Source: Deltaproteobacteria bacterium
Lineage (GTDB): Bacteria > Myxococcota_A > Polyangia > Polyangiales > Houyiibacteriaceae
DNA length: 37,739 nt
Assembly (NCBI GenBank): GCA_034670305.1
Contig: JAXMNT010000066.1
Span: 1-37,739 of the forward strand
Direction: 5' to 3'
A program made the position numbers and the translations under genes. Positions 8,486-17,244 of the stretch are shown here, piece after piece (position 1 is the first letter of the stretch; every line of letters begins with the position of its first letter). Under the pieces are notes generated by a model. It made no database searches, was not told where the DNA came from, and was given only the letters and a program-made list of their open reading frames with translations.

Positions 8486-10015
8486 GTGATCGGATTTCTT
8501 CGTCGGCTCCGTCCGAGCCGCGGTGCGCTCTTCGCGTTCGGGATCGCACTGGCCACCGGTGCGATGCTCGGAGTGTCCGCGTCGTGGGGACCGCTTCCCG
8601 CGCTCGCGTTCTTCTTCCCGGTCCCGCTGCTCGCGCTGATGCAGGCGCGCCCCGGCCCGCGGCAAGCCTTCTACATCGGTTGGGGTGCCGGCATCGGGTG
8701 CAACGCGATGGCGTTCTACTGGCTCGTCGGCCTGCTCGAAGCATTCGCCGGGTTCCCCACCCCGCTCGCGCTCTTGGTCGCGCTGCTCCTCTTCGTCGCC
8801 CAGGGGCTGCTCCTCGCCTTTGCGCTGTGGATGACGGCGGCGTGCGTGCAGCGCGGCGCGGTGGCCGCGTACGTGCTCCCACTCGCCGTGACGGCCATGT
8901 TCACGCTCAGCCCGAGCCTCTTCCCTTGGCGGCCCGCGAGCGCCTCGCTCGGGTGGTTGCACTGGGCGCAGATCGGCGACCTCGGCGGACCCCCGTTGCT
9001 CGACGTGATGTTGCTCGGCGCCGCGTGCGCGACCTACGAGTGTTTCCGAACCCGGTCCCGGATCGCCCTCGCGGTGGCCGCGTTCTGCTACGTGGCGCCT
9101 GCGGCCTACGGCCTCTTTCGCTTGCCGCAAATCGAGGCGCTGCGCGCCGAGGCGCCGTCGATCCGCATCGGTGTCGTGCAGCCGAACATCGACATCGTGG
9201 ACAAACACGACCGTCGCCAACGCCCAGCCCAGCTGCGGCAGTTGCGGCGGCTGACCGCGGAGATCGAAGACGCCACCGATCTGGTCCTGTGGCCGGAGAC
9301 GGCGTACCCGTTCCCGCTCCGGCGCGGCGCGACGCGCGAACCGGCGGGCCGGGCGGCGCTGCATGCGGACGGAGTGACCGGCCCCCTTCTCGTGGGCGCG
9401 CTCACCATCGAAGAAGGCGACCGCTGCGCGAAGTGGAACTCGGCCATCGCGTACGACGCGGACGGGCGCATCGTGGGCGTGAGCGACAAGGTCGAGCTGC
9501 TCGCCTTCGGAGAGACGGTGCCGCTGCATGCCTACCTGCCGCCCCTCCAAGACATGTTCGCCTGCCCAGGCGTCCGTGCTGGCGACGCCGCGCAGGTGCT
9601 CGAGGTCGCGGACGTCCGCGTGGGGGTGCTCAACTGCTACGAAGACGTGCTCTCGGAGCACGCCCGCGGCCTCGCGGCGCAGGGGCCGGAGTTGCTCGTG
9701 AACCTGACCAACGACGCCTGGTTCGGAGACACCCGCGAACCCTTTCTGCACAACCTCATCGCGCGGCAGCGGGCGATCGAGACCCGTCGGGATCTCGTAC
9801 GCTCGGTGAACACCGGCATCAGTTCCCACATCGCGGCCACCGGCGCGATCGTCGCGCAGACGGAGACCTGGGTGGAGGCAACGCTCGTGAGCACCGCCGC
9901 CAAACTCGACGGCGAGACCGTGTGGATCCGACACGGCGACCTCGTCACCCCCCTGTGCGTGGCGTGGCTGCTCGCGTTCGCCTGGGCCCGCCGGCTCTGG
10001 GCGGTGTCGGCCTAG
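8486..10015 (+). CDS. lnt: Apolipoprotein N-acyltransferase
   Basis: N-terminal TMs, VQPNI, WPET (Glu), K..LLAFGETVP (Lys), NCYED (Cys), NLTNDAWFG and NTGIS. Confidence 0.95.
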   Translation: MIGFLRRLRPSRGALFAFGIALATGAMLGVSASWGPLPALAFFFPVPLLALMQARPGPRQAFYIGWGAGIGCNAMAFYWLVGLLEAFAGFPTPLALLVALLLFVAQGLLLAFALWMTAACVQRGAVAAYVLPLAVTAMFTLSPSLFPWRPASASLGWLHWAQIGDLGGPPLLDVMLLGAACATYECFRTRSRIALAVAAFCYVAPAAYGLFRLPQIEALRAEAPSIRIGVVQPNIDIVDKHDRRQRPAQLRQLRRLTAEIEDATDLVLWPETAYPFPLRRGATREPAGRAALHADGVTGPLLVGALTIEEGDRCAKWNSAIAYDADGRIVGVSDKVELLAFGETVPLHAYLPPLQDMFACPGVRAGDAAQVLEVADVRVGVLNCYEDVLSEHARGLAAQGPELLVNLTNDAWFGDTREPFLHNLIARQRAIETRRDLVRSVNTGISSHIAATGAIVAQTETWVEATLVSTAAKLDGETVWIRHGDLVTPLCVAWLLAFAWARRLWAVSA

Positions 10016-11178
10016 ATCGGCCCGGTCGGCACGCAGGGGCTCGACGCCGCGCCGACGATGCGGATCGGCGCCTGCGCGACGACCTCTTCCACCGACCGGT
10101 CCCCGTCGAGGTCGAACCTCAGAACTCGGCTCACGCGCGCGCGCGGACGGAGTCCGCAGATCTCGCATGGTCCCCGGACGCACGTGGCCATCTCGTCGCT
10201 GAGAAAGCCGCCGCACTCGTCCGTGAACATCGCGGTCTCGACGACGCACTGCAGATGGTCTGCGCAGACCTCATCGGCTTCGCAGGCCGCGAGCGCCTCG
10301 GGGCACGTGTCGTTCAAGCACGTGAAACACGCGGGCGGCACCGCTTCGATGAAGAGGTAGAGGTCGCCCCCGAAGAACGCCATCGCCGACGCGTTGGTCT
10401 TGTTGAACCCGTCGAGTGGGATGGTTTCGATGACGCCGCCGGTCGTGCGGTCGTATTCGATGAGCTTCACCGGATCGGTGCCCGCGAGGGCGTAGAGTCG
10501 TCCGTCCCCCGTGCCGCTGAGCTCGCCGCCGTCGTAGTCGACGGAGGCGAACGGGGTGAGGTCTCCGGAGACCGGGTCGATGATGCCGAGCTGCCCGAGA
10601 TCCGGCCCCTCCTCGAAGGGGCCCATGCCATCGTACGTGTGCACGTAGAGGTCCGCGCAGAAGTCTGTCTCGCTGCGGCTCGCGAACGAGAGGCCGAACA
10701 ACCCGAAATCCGGGTTGCGCCGGAGGTAGGGCGACTCGGTACAGGGCCCGGGGTCGTTGACGTCGAGCAGGCGCACCGAAAGGGACTCCGCCGACTGAAC
10801 CCAAGCGATGCCGTCCGAGTCCACCGCCATGGAGAACGGCGCGTCGCCGCCGCACACCGGGCCGGCGACGAACGCCATCTCGAGCGTGCCCGGGTCGAAG
10901 CTCCACAGCTCCGCGTCCTGACTCATCAAGTACACGAGCGTCGAGTGCGAGCCGAACCCGCAGTTGCAGACCTCTCCTGCGTCGATGTCTGCGTCCGCGG
11001 CTGCATCCGCTCCGGCATCTGCGAGCACGCCGGTGTCCTGCGCGTCCGCGCCAGAGCCCGCGTCCACGGGCGGCCGATCGTCGTCGCCGCCGCAGGCAGC
11101 CAGCGCTGCGACTCCCACAGCCAGCACCGCGAGGAGGGGGGGGAGGGCGGCGCGGCGAAGGGCGGGAAGAGAAGTCAC
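10012..11178 (-). CDS. Myxobacterial-type lipoprotein, probable beta-propeller with Cys-rich insertion
   Basis: Lipobox LAA-C, DAG linker, propeller-like repeats (PFSMAVD, ELSGTGDGRLY, AFFGGDLYLF, IVGAASSPCVP). TATACT lies 7 nt upstream of the GTG. Confidence 0.8.
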   Translation of the reverse strand: MTSLPALRRAALPPLLAVLAVGVAALAACGGDDDRPPVDAGSGADAQDTGVLADAGADAAADADIDAGEVCNCGFGSHSTLVYLMSQDAELWSFDPGTLEMAFVAGPVCGGDAPFSMAVDSDGIAWVQSAESLSVRLLDVNDPGPCTESPYLRRNPDFGLFGLSFASRSETDFCADLYVHTYDGMGPFEEGPDLGQLGIIDPVSGDLTPFASVDYDGGELSGTGDGRLYALAGTDPVKLIEYDRTTGGVIETIPLDGFNKTNASAMAFFGGDLYLFIEAVPPACFTCLNDTCPEALAACEADEVCADHLQCVVETAMFTDECGGFLSDEMATCVRGPCEICGLRPRARVSRVLRFDLDGDRSVEEVVAQAPIRIVGAASSPCVPTGPI

Positions 11179-11185
11179 GGTTGCG

Positions 11186-11191
11186 AGTATA
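11186..11191 (-). promoter_or_regulatory. Sigma70-type -10 box (TATACT) of a probable leaderless transcript
   Basis: TATACT-cgcaacc-GTG on the minus strand, with no Shine-Dalgarno. Confidence 0.55.
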
Positions 11192-11230
11192 GCGGGTCGG
11201 GCGGAGCAGCACCGACCCGGGGCCGCCGCG

Positions 11231-11457
11231 GCTGAGGCCGAGGCCGAAGCCGACGCCGAAGCCGACGCCGAAGCCGAAGCTGACGCCGAAGCCGAAGCCG
11301 ACGCCGAGGCCGAGGCCGAGGCCGATGCCGATGCCGAAGCCGACGCCGATGCCGATGCCGAAGCCGAAGCCGATGCCGAGGCCGATGCCGATGCCGAAGC
11401 CGAATCCGAATCCGAATCCGAATCCGAAGGAGAGGATGCGCGGTTCCCGTGCCCGTG
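11231..11457 (+). repeat. (GCCGAN)n-(TCCGAA)n array with conserved 32-nt tail
   Basis: About 30 hexamers followed by CCGAAGGAGAGGATGCGCGGTTCCCGTGCCCG (11424-11455). Confidence 0.9.
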
Positions 11458-11481
11458 AGTGCAGGCGCGTCCCGTCGTCGG

Positions 11482-13017
11482 CTATGGGTCCAGGACTGCG
11501 TCCGCGCAGAGCAACCGGGTGAAGTAGACTTCCCAGTTGCCGTCGCGTTGGTCTTCGAAGAGGACGCCGACGCTGGTGCCGCCGCGGCTCATGGTGCCGT
11601 AGACGCTGTCGACGGGGCCGCGGGTGACCATGATGTCGTCGCCGAGCCGGCCGAAGCGGGTGTCGTAGAGCGCGGCGTAGATGTCGTAGACGCCGCTGCG
11701 GTCGTCGCTGTAGCCGATGAGGACTTCGTCTCCGTTGACCAACATGCGCGGGCGGCGGGCCCAGGCTTCGCCGCCTGCGATCACCGTCGGGCCGTCGACG
11801 CGGATCCCGGGGCGTTCGATGCGCGCGCCCATCACGTCGAAGTCGCCGGCCTCGGTCTCTTCTTGCCACGCGAGCAGGTAGGCCCCGTCCGCCCAGGCGA
11901 CCTCGACCGAGAACGCGTCGGTGCGGGTGTCGCTGATCTGGAAGGGTTCGACGAGGGTCGTGCCTGCGCCGTCCACGATCGCGAACCAGATCTGTTCGTT
12001 GCCGGTGCGCCCGTCGACGAACGCGATGCCGATCTCTCCGTCGACCGCGTTGAGCGCAAGCGAGGGCGCTTCGGAGTTGTCCGGTTCTCGGGTGAGCCGG
12101 ATGTCGTCTCCGATCTCGAGTCCCTCGCGGTCGAGGAAGGTGAAGTAGACCTCGAAGTTGTCTGGCGCGGAGACGCGGTGGCGCCAGTCCTGCCAGGCCA
12201 CGACGTACTCGACGCCGGTCCAGATCAAGGTCGGGTTGATGCTCCAGTCCGCGGCGAAGGTCACCCGGCGATCGGGGCCGAGCTTCTCGCCGTCCGGCGT
12301 CAGTCGGTTGAAGTAGATCTCCCAGACTCCGTCCCGTCGATCCTGCCAGACGAGGCCGTACTCCGTGCCGGTCCAGACCATCGCGGCGCCGAACGCGTCG
12401 CCTGGCGCGCGGGTGATGAGCTTCGCGTCGTCGACCGGCACGCCTTCTTCGGAGAGCTGCCGGAAGTACACGTCGGAGGTTCCGTCCGTGTAGTCCCAAT
12501 AGGTCACGCCCCAGGTCTCGGTGAGGGGGCACCAGGTCGCAGCGCCGCGGCCGTTCGCGGCTTCGGCGAACGTGAGCCGGGTGTCGCCGCCTTCGGGCGT
12601 GTAGGACGCGCCTTCGTCGATCTGGATGTCGCAGTCGTCGTCGATGCCGTTGCAGACTTCGGTCGCGCCCGGATTCACCGCGGCGTTGAAGTCGTCGCAG
12701 TCGTCGCCGCAGGTGCCGAGCACGAAGTAGCCGTCGCCGTCGTTGTCCGCGACCTCGACCGGCGGGAAGAAACATCGACGGCCAGGTTCGTCGCAGAGGT
12801 TCTCGGTGCAGGGATCGTCGTCGACGCACTCGGGCGGCGCGCCGCGGCGGCATCGCCCCTCGATGCACTGCTCGAGTCCGTCGCAGAACACGCCGTCGTC
12901 GCACTCGGCGTCGGATTCGCAGGGAGGCAGCTCTTCGATCTCGAGCCCGGTCTTGGCGCCGCAGGCGGCGAGGAGGCACAGGCACATCGAAAGGCGCACC
13001 GAACGGTTCAGAAACAC
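11482..13017 (-). CDS. Lipoprotein with Cys-rich and MopE-like metal-binding repeats and a C-terminal beta-propeller-like domain
   Basis: Lipobox [24 protein letters not shown]...DCDD....[16 protein letters not shown]; repeated WxDxRxGxWEIYF blades. Start uncertain (13017, 12999 or 12987). Confidence 0.82.
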   Translation of the reverse strand: MFLNRSVRLSMCLCLLAACGAKTGLEIEELPPCESDAECDDGVFCDGLEQCIEGRCRRGAPPECVDDDPCTENLCDEPGRRCFFPPVEVADNDGDGYFVLGTCGDDCDDFNAAVNPGATEVCNGIDDDCDIQIDEGASYTPEGGDTRLTFAEAANGRGAATWCPLTETWGVTYWDYTDGTSDVYFRQLSEEGVPVDDAKLITRAPGDAFGAAMVWTGTEYGLVWQDRRDGVWEIYFNRLTPDGEKLGPDRRVTFAADWSINPTLIWTGVEYVVAWQDWRHRVSAPDNFEVYFTFLDREGLEIGDDIRLTREPDNSEAPSLALNAVDGEIGIAFVDGRTGNEQIWFAIVDGAGTTLVEPFQISDTRTDAFSVEVAWADGAYLLAWQEETEAGDFDVMGARIERPGIRVDGPTVIAGGEAWARRPRMLVNGDEVLIGYSDDRSGVYDIYAALYDTRFGRLGDDIMVTRGPVDSVYGTMSRGGTSVGVLFEDQRDGNWEVYFTRLLCADAVLDP

Positions 13018-13547
13018 GCGCCGTACCCGGGCACATCCGTGCTTCGGCACAAGTACCCGCGGGGGCAGCTCGGTTCGCCGCCGCCCACATCGCACGCGTT
13101 CACGCACTGGGTGCCGGCGCCGGTCACGACACACAGGTGGCCTGCGGCACACTCGTTGTGGCCGAGGCAGCTGTCGCCCTGTCGGCCGGGTCCCGGCACC
13201 GCGCAGTAGGAGATGAAGATCTCTTCGCCGCACGGACCGGAGGGCGGGATCGCGCCGGCGTAGCAACCGAGCCCCGGGCCGCAGCTGTCGAAGTCGAGCG
13301 GGTCGCATTCGTACATGCGCCCGTCGCCACTGTCGCGCGGCCCGGCATCGCATCCCGGATCGATGAACACGTCGTACCGCGGGCCCACGTCTCCCGCGTC
13401 GGGGAGCATGCCGATGCGCCCCGAGTCGGCGCCGCCGTCGAGGGACGCGTCCGCGTCGCCGAGCTCGTAGGCGTTCGAACGCGCACAGCCGACGGAGGCC
13501 AGGACGGTCAGGGCGGTCAGGCTGGCGAGTAGGAAGGCGCGGCGCAC
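13008..13547 (-). CDS. Cys-rich lipoprotein
   Basis: Lipobox SVG-C, DAG linker, myxobacterial Cys-rich repeats (GxQGDSC...CAAGHLC...CVNAC). Confidence 0.8.
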   Translation of the reverse strand: MRRAFLLASLTALTVLASVGCARSNAYELGDADASLDGGADSGRIGMLPDAGDVGPRYDVFIDPGCDAGPRDSGDGRMYECDPLDFDSCGPGLGCYAGAIPPSGPCGEEIFISYCAVPGPGRQGDSCLGHNECAAGHLCVVTGAGTQCVNACDVGGGEPSCPRGYLCRSTDVPGYGACF

Positions 13548-13647
13548 GTCCTACGAGGTAGCACGGGCCGTTCCAACTGCGAAATCGTGGATTCACCGGC
13601 AGATTCGCCCGGTGGCAGCTGCGTCAGGCCGTGCCATAGCGTCCGGC

Positions 13648-15927
13648 GTGCGTTCTGGTCTCACCCTCTGGGTCTCCGTGGTCTGCCTGCTCGGGTGTGG
13701 TGGAGACGACTCCGCCCCCTCGGCCGCCACCAACGAACCGCAGCCGGAGACCCCGCCCACCGAACCCGCCACGGAAGCGAGGGTCGAGGGGCCAGAGCGT
13801 CTGCTCTACGATCTGCACGCCCACATCGCGCGCGCCGAAAACCGCCAGGGCCACGACGTTGTCGTCGACTTCGGCGAGCCGGGCGCCGCCAAGTACACCC
13901 TCGGCGGATGGCGCACCCGCATCGGGGACGACCACCGCTTCGGGGACGTCTCCACGACGCTGATCGAAGGCGTGACCGGTGAGCTGATGCTCGCCGCGCC
14001 GCGCACGTGCCCGAACTCGAGTGAAGAAGGGGTGTGCCCGGTGCACTTCACGATGCGCGCCCGCGCGTTCGGCGACGGTCGCACGACGGTGTACCTCGAC
14101 GGCGCGACCGTCGGGCACGTGCGGCTTCCGACCGACGGAAGTTTCGCGACGGTGCGCCTCGAGCTCGGGTTCGCGCCGGGAGAACATCGGCTGCAGCTGC
14201 GGGTTCCGAGCGTCGGTCGTGCGGACGGAGTGCGGGCCGGCATCGCCATCGACTGGATCCGGCTCGCGGCCGAAGATGGGGGCGAGTCGTTCGAGCCGGT
14301 GCGCCCGGGCCACTTCGTCTCGGGCACGACTTGGAGTTGGCCCCTCGAAGTCGCGGCCGGCGCCCGGCTGCGGGGCCGCACGAGTGGGCCGGCCCGGTGG
14401 AACGTCGTGCGCGAAGACGGCACGTCGACGGTGCTCGGCGCCGCCGAGGGCGCGTTCGATCTCGACCTCGCGCCGTTCGCGGGCGCGTTTGTGCGGCTGG
14501 AACTCGAGGGGCAGGGCGAAGGGCGGATCGAAGAAGCCCGCCTCGTGGATCTCGAGGAGGTCCAGGCCCGCACGACGGCCCGTCCGCGCAACGTCTTGAT
14601 CTACCTCGTCGACACGGTGCGCGCGGATCGACTGCATCCTTGGGCGCCCGGAAGCCGGGTTCAGACCCCGGGCCTCGACCGCTACGTGCGCGACGCGATC
14701 GTGATGGAGAACGGACGCACCCAGGAGAACTGGACCAAACCTTCCGTGGCCACGCTCTTGACCGGCCTGATGCCGTGGACCCACACCGCCACCAGCGGCG
14801 ACGCGGTGTTGCCGCGTTCGGTCGAGATGTTGAGCGAGACCCTGAAAGATGCCGACTTCCACACCGGTGCGTTCGTCTGCAACGGCTACGTCTCGGATGC
14901 GTTCGGGTTCGAGCAGGGCTGGACCACCTACCGGAACTACATTCGCGAGGGTCGACGCACCGCGGCGCGCTTCGTGGCCGCGGACGTGCTCGAGTGGCTG
15001 GACGAACGGCCCGAGACCTCGCCCTTCTTCCTCTACGTGCACACCATCGATCCGCACGTGCCGTACATCCCGCCCGACGAGACGCTCGCGCTCTACGATC
15101 CGCTGCCCTACGAAGGACCGGTCGACTTCACGCGAGACCGCGAGTTGCTCGAAGCGGTGAAGGCCGGGCGCTTGCGGCTGAACGCGCGGGACCGGGCGCG
15201 CCTCGAAGCGCTCTACGACGCCGAGATCACCTACCACGACGTGCACTTCGCCGCGATTCTGGACGGGCTCGAGCGGCGCGGCCTCGCGGACGACACGCTG
15301 GTCGTCTTCACGTCGGACCACGGCGAAGAGTTCTTCGAACACGACTCGGTCGGCCACGGGCACAGCCTCTACGAAGAGCTGCTCCACGTGCCGCTCGTCT
15401 TGAAAGTGCCCGGCATCGAAGGCGCGGTGCGGGTCGAAGACGCAGTCGGCCTGGTCGACATCGCGCCGACGGTGCTGGATGCGCTCGGCATGCCCTTCGA
15501 GCAGCTCGACGGGCGCACACTCTTGCCGCTCTTGCGCGGCGAGCCGAGCGGCGCGCCGCGGGTGACCGTGAGCGGCTTCATGGAAGGCTGGCGCAGCGTG
15601 ATCGTCGGCCGGTTCAAACTCATTCACCGCACCCACCGCCGCTGGATGCTCTTCGACCTCGAAGAAGATCCCGGGGAGCGACGCGACCTGGCCGAAGCGC
15701 GCCCGATGGTGGTGCGCGCGATGCGTGAACTGCTCGGCCTGGGACTGCGCGGCGCGACGCGCGCACACGAAGCCCAGAACACCGAGATCGACGCCGAGAC
15801 CGAAGCGCAGCTTCGAGCGCTCGGGTACGTCGGCGCGGACCTTCCGGCCTCGCGAGGCAACACGATGCGGGGGAACACGATGGGCACGACGATGCAGGGC
15901 ACCACCATGGAACGAGGTTCCGAATGA
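13648..15927 (+). CDS. Sulfatase-like/alkaline-phosphatase-superfamily lipoprotein
   Basis: Lipobox LLG-C; RPRNVLIYLVDTVRAD, WTKPS, DPHVPY, TSDHGEEF, HGHSLYEELLHVPL, QLRALGY. Start chosen from TAGCGT 5 nt upstream of the GTG (alternative 13612). Confidence 0.88.
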   Translation: MRSGLTLWVSVVCLLGCGGDDSAPSAATNEPQPETPPTEPATEARVEGPERLLYDLHAHIARAENRQGHDVVVDFGEPGAAKYTLGGWRTRIGDDHRFGDVSTTLIEGVTGELMLAAPRTCPNSSEEGVCPVHFTMRARAFGDGRTTVYLDGATVGHVRLPTDGSFATVRLELGFAPGEHRLQLRVPSVGRADGVRAGIAIDWIRLAAEDGGESFEPVRPGHFVSGTTWSWPLEVAAGARLRGRTSGPARWNVVREDGTSTVLGAAEGAFDLDLAPFAGAFVRLELEGQGEGRIEEARLVDLEEVQARTTARPRNVLIYLVDTVRADRLHPWAPGSRVQTPGLDRYVRDAIVMENGRTQENWTKPSVATLLTGLMPWTHTATSGDAVLPRSVEMLSETLKDADFHTGAFVCNGYVSDAFGFEQGWTTYRNYIREGRRTAARFVAADVLEWLDERPETSPFFLYVHTIDPHVPYIPPDETLALYDPLPYEGPVDFTRDRELLEAVKAGRLRLNARDRARLEALYDAEITYHDVHFAAILDGLERRGLADDTLVVFTSDHGEEFFEHDSVGHGHSLYEELLHVPLVLKVPGIEGAVRVEDAVGLVDIAPTVLDALGMPFEQLDGRTLLPLLRGEPSGAPRVTVSGFMEGWRSVIVGRFKLIHRTHRRWMLFDLEEDPGERRDLAEARPMVVRAMRELLGLGLRGATRAHEAQNTEIDAETEAQLRALGYVGADLPASRGNTMRGNTMGTTMQGTTMERGSE

Positions 15928-17105
15928 CGACCGCACCGAGGGCACGACACAAGGGCCGCCGGGTGGCGGTGGGGTTGGTCTTCGCGCTCGTCGCGATCGC
16001 CGCGTCGCTGCTCACCGCGTGGTTCCTCACCCGCGAGCCGAGCGGCCCGATCGTGGCGCTGGTGCCCACCGGGGACGGACGCGTGATCCTGCTGCGGCGG
16101 GGCTACGAGGAACGTGGCTACGTGCACCTGATGCTCTCGTCCGAGAACCTCATGCAGTGGTCCGAAGCGCTCTTCGGGGTGGAGGGCCTCGACACGGCCG
16201 GCGACGAACCGACGGTCCAGGTCGTGGGCGACCGGGTGTACGTCCGGGCCCGCGAAGCGCGCGGCCACAGCGAGCTGCACGTGTTCACACTCGACGAGGG
16301 CCGGTTCCTCTGGCGTGGGGGCCGCCCCACCGAAGAAGCGCCCGACGGCTTGCCCCGGTTCGGCGAGCAGACGTTGTTCGTCGGAGACGAAGTCGTCTGG
16401 CTCGTGCACGGCGGCGCGGAGTACGACGACCGCGCGCCCGGTCCGCAGGTCATCGCGCTCGACCTCGAAGGCGAGGAGCTCGCGCGGGTCTCGCTCGAAG
16501 TCGGAGAGCCGGGCCAGGCCACCGCGGACGCGGCGATGTTCGGTGACGCGCTCTACGTGCTGACCGAGGACGGGGTCGTGCACCGGGTCTCGTCTTCTGG
16601 CGAAGTGACCCAGGTGGGCGTGGGCATGGCCGGACTCTGCGCCACGGGCGGCGCGCTGGTGATCGGTCATCGGCGCTGGGTGCCGGGGCAGCCGAGCGGC
16701 GAGGCAGGCCTCGAGATCGGACCGATGCGCGGTTGCGATCCCGACGGTGGCCGCGTCGTCGCGATCACCCTCGGAGACGAAGTCGCGGTCCAGCGGGTCG
16801 AAGACGGAGCGTTCGTTGGCGGCGTGCCTCTCGCGGGCCTCTCGCCGGAGGGGCTCGAGTCGGCCGGCCGCTTCGACCGCTACGTGCGGCTCGGCGACTC
16901 GGTCTGGGACACGACCGACGGCAGCGTGGTCGAAGGCGAAGGCGAGGTCGTGCCGGGCGGCTGGATGGTGTCGGGCGACACGGTCCGACGGATCGGCGGC
17001 GGCGAGAAGCGGTTGCCGGGGCTTCAGGCGGTGCGCGACGACGGCGAGCGGGTGTGGGCGCACGACGGACAGGACGTCGTGGTCTGGCGGCGGGACGCGT
17101 TCTGA
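15924..17105 (+). CDS. Membrane-anchored hypothetical protein, PQQ-like beta-propeller
   Basis: ATGA overlap with the upstream gene, one N-terminal TM, and propeller-like GDRVYV / GDALYV / ALDLEGE repeats. Confidence 0.72.
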   Translation: MTTAPRARHKGRRVAVGLVFALVAIAASLLTAWFLTREPSGPIVALVPTGDGRVILLRRGYEERGYVHLMLSSENLMQWSEALFGVEGLDTAGDEPTVQVVGDRVYVRAREARGHSELHVFTLDEGRFLWRGGRPTEEAPDGLPRFGEQTLFVGDEVVWLVHGGAEYDDRAPGPQVIALDLEGEELARVSLEVGEPGQATADAAMFGDALYVLTEDGVVHRVSSSGEVTQVGVGMAGLCATGGALVIGHRRWVPGQPSGEAGLEIGPMRGCDPDGGRVVAITLGDEVAVQRVEDGAFVGGVPLAGLSPEGLESAGRFDRYVRLGDSVWDTTDGSVVEGEGEVVPGGWMVSGDTVRRIGGGEKRLPGLQAVRDDGERVWAHDGQDVVVWRRDAF

Positions 17106-17244
17106 GCGGGCAGCTGTGGCTGTGGCCGCGCGGCGCATGAAGTCAGAGTAGGGCGGCGGAGCGGGCCGGTCTGCCGGCGGGGGTGTCGGCATCTCTGCGT
17201 CAAGCGACCGCGCGTGGGCGTTCCGGGTCGTGGTAGCGTCGCGA

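Noticed and set aside
8584-13209. Long alternative-frame or antisense ORFs (e.g. 8584-11235, 10271-13090, 11449-13209, 13624-15945)
   Set aside because: Arg/Ala/Gly-rich shadow ORFs expected at this GC content; they overlap motif-supported genes.
8486-15927. Lipoprotein genes near lnt as a dedicated maturation cluster
   Set aside because: Lipoproteins are abundant throughout such genomes, and the nearest ones are transcribed convergently to lnt.
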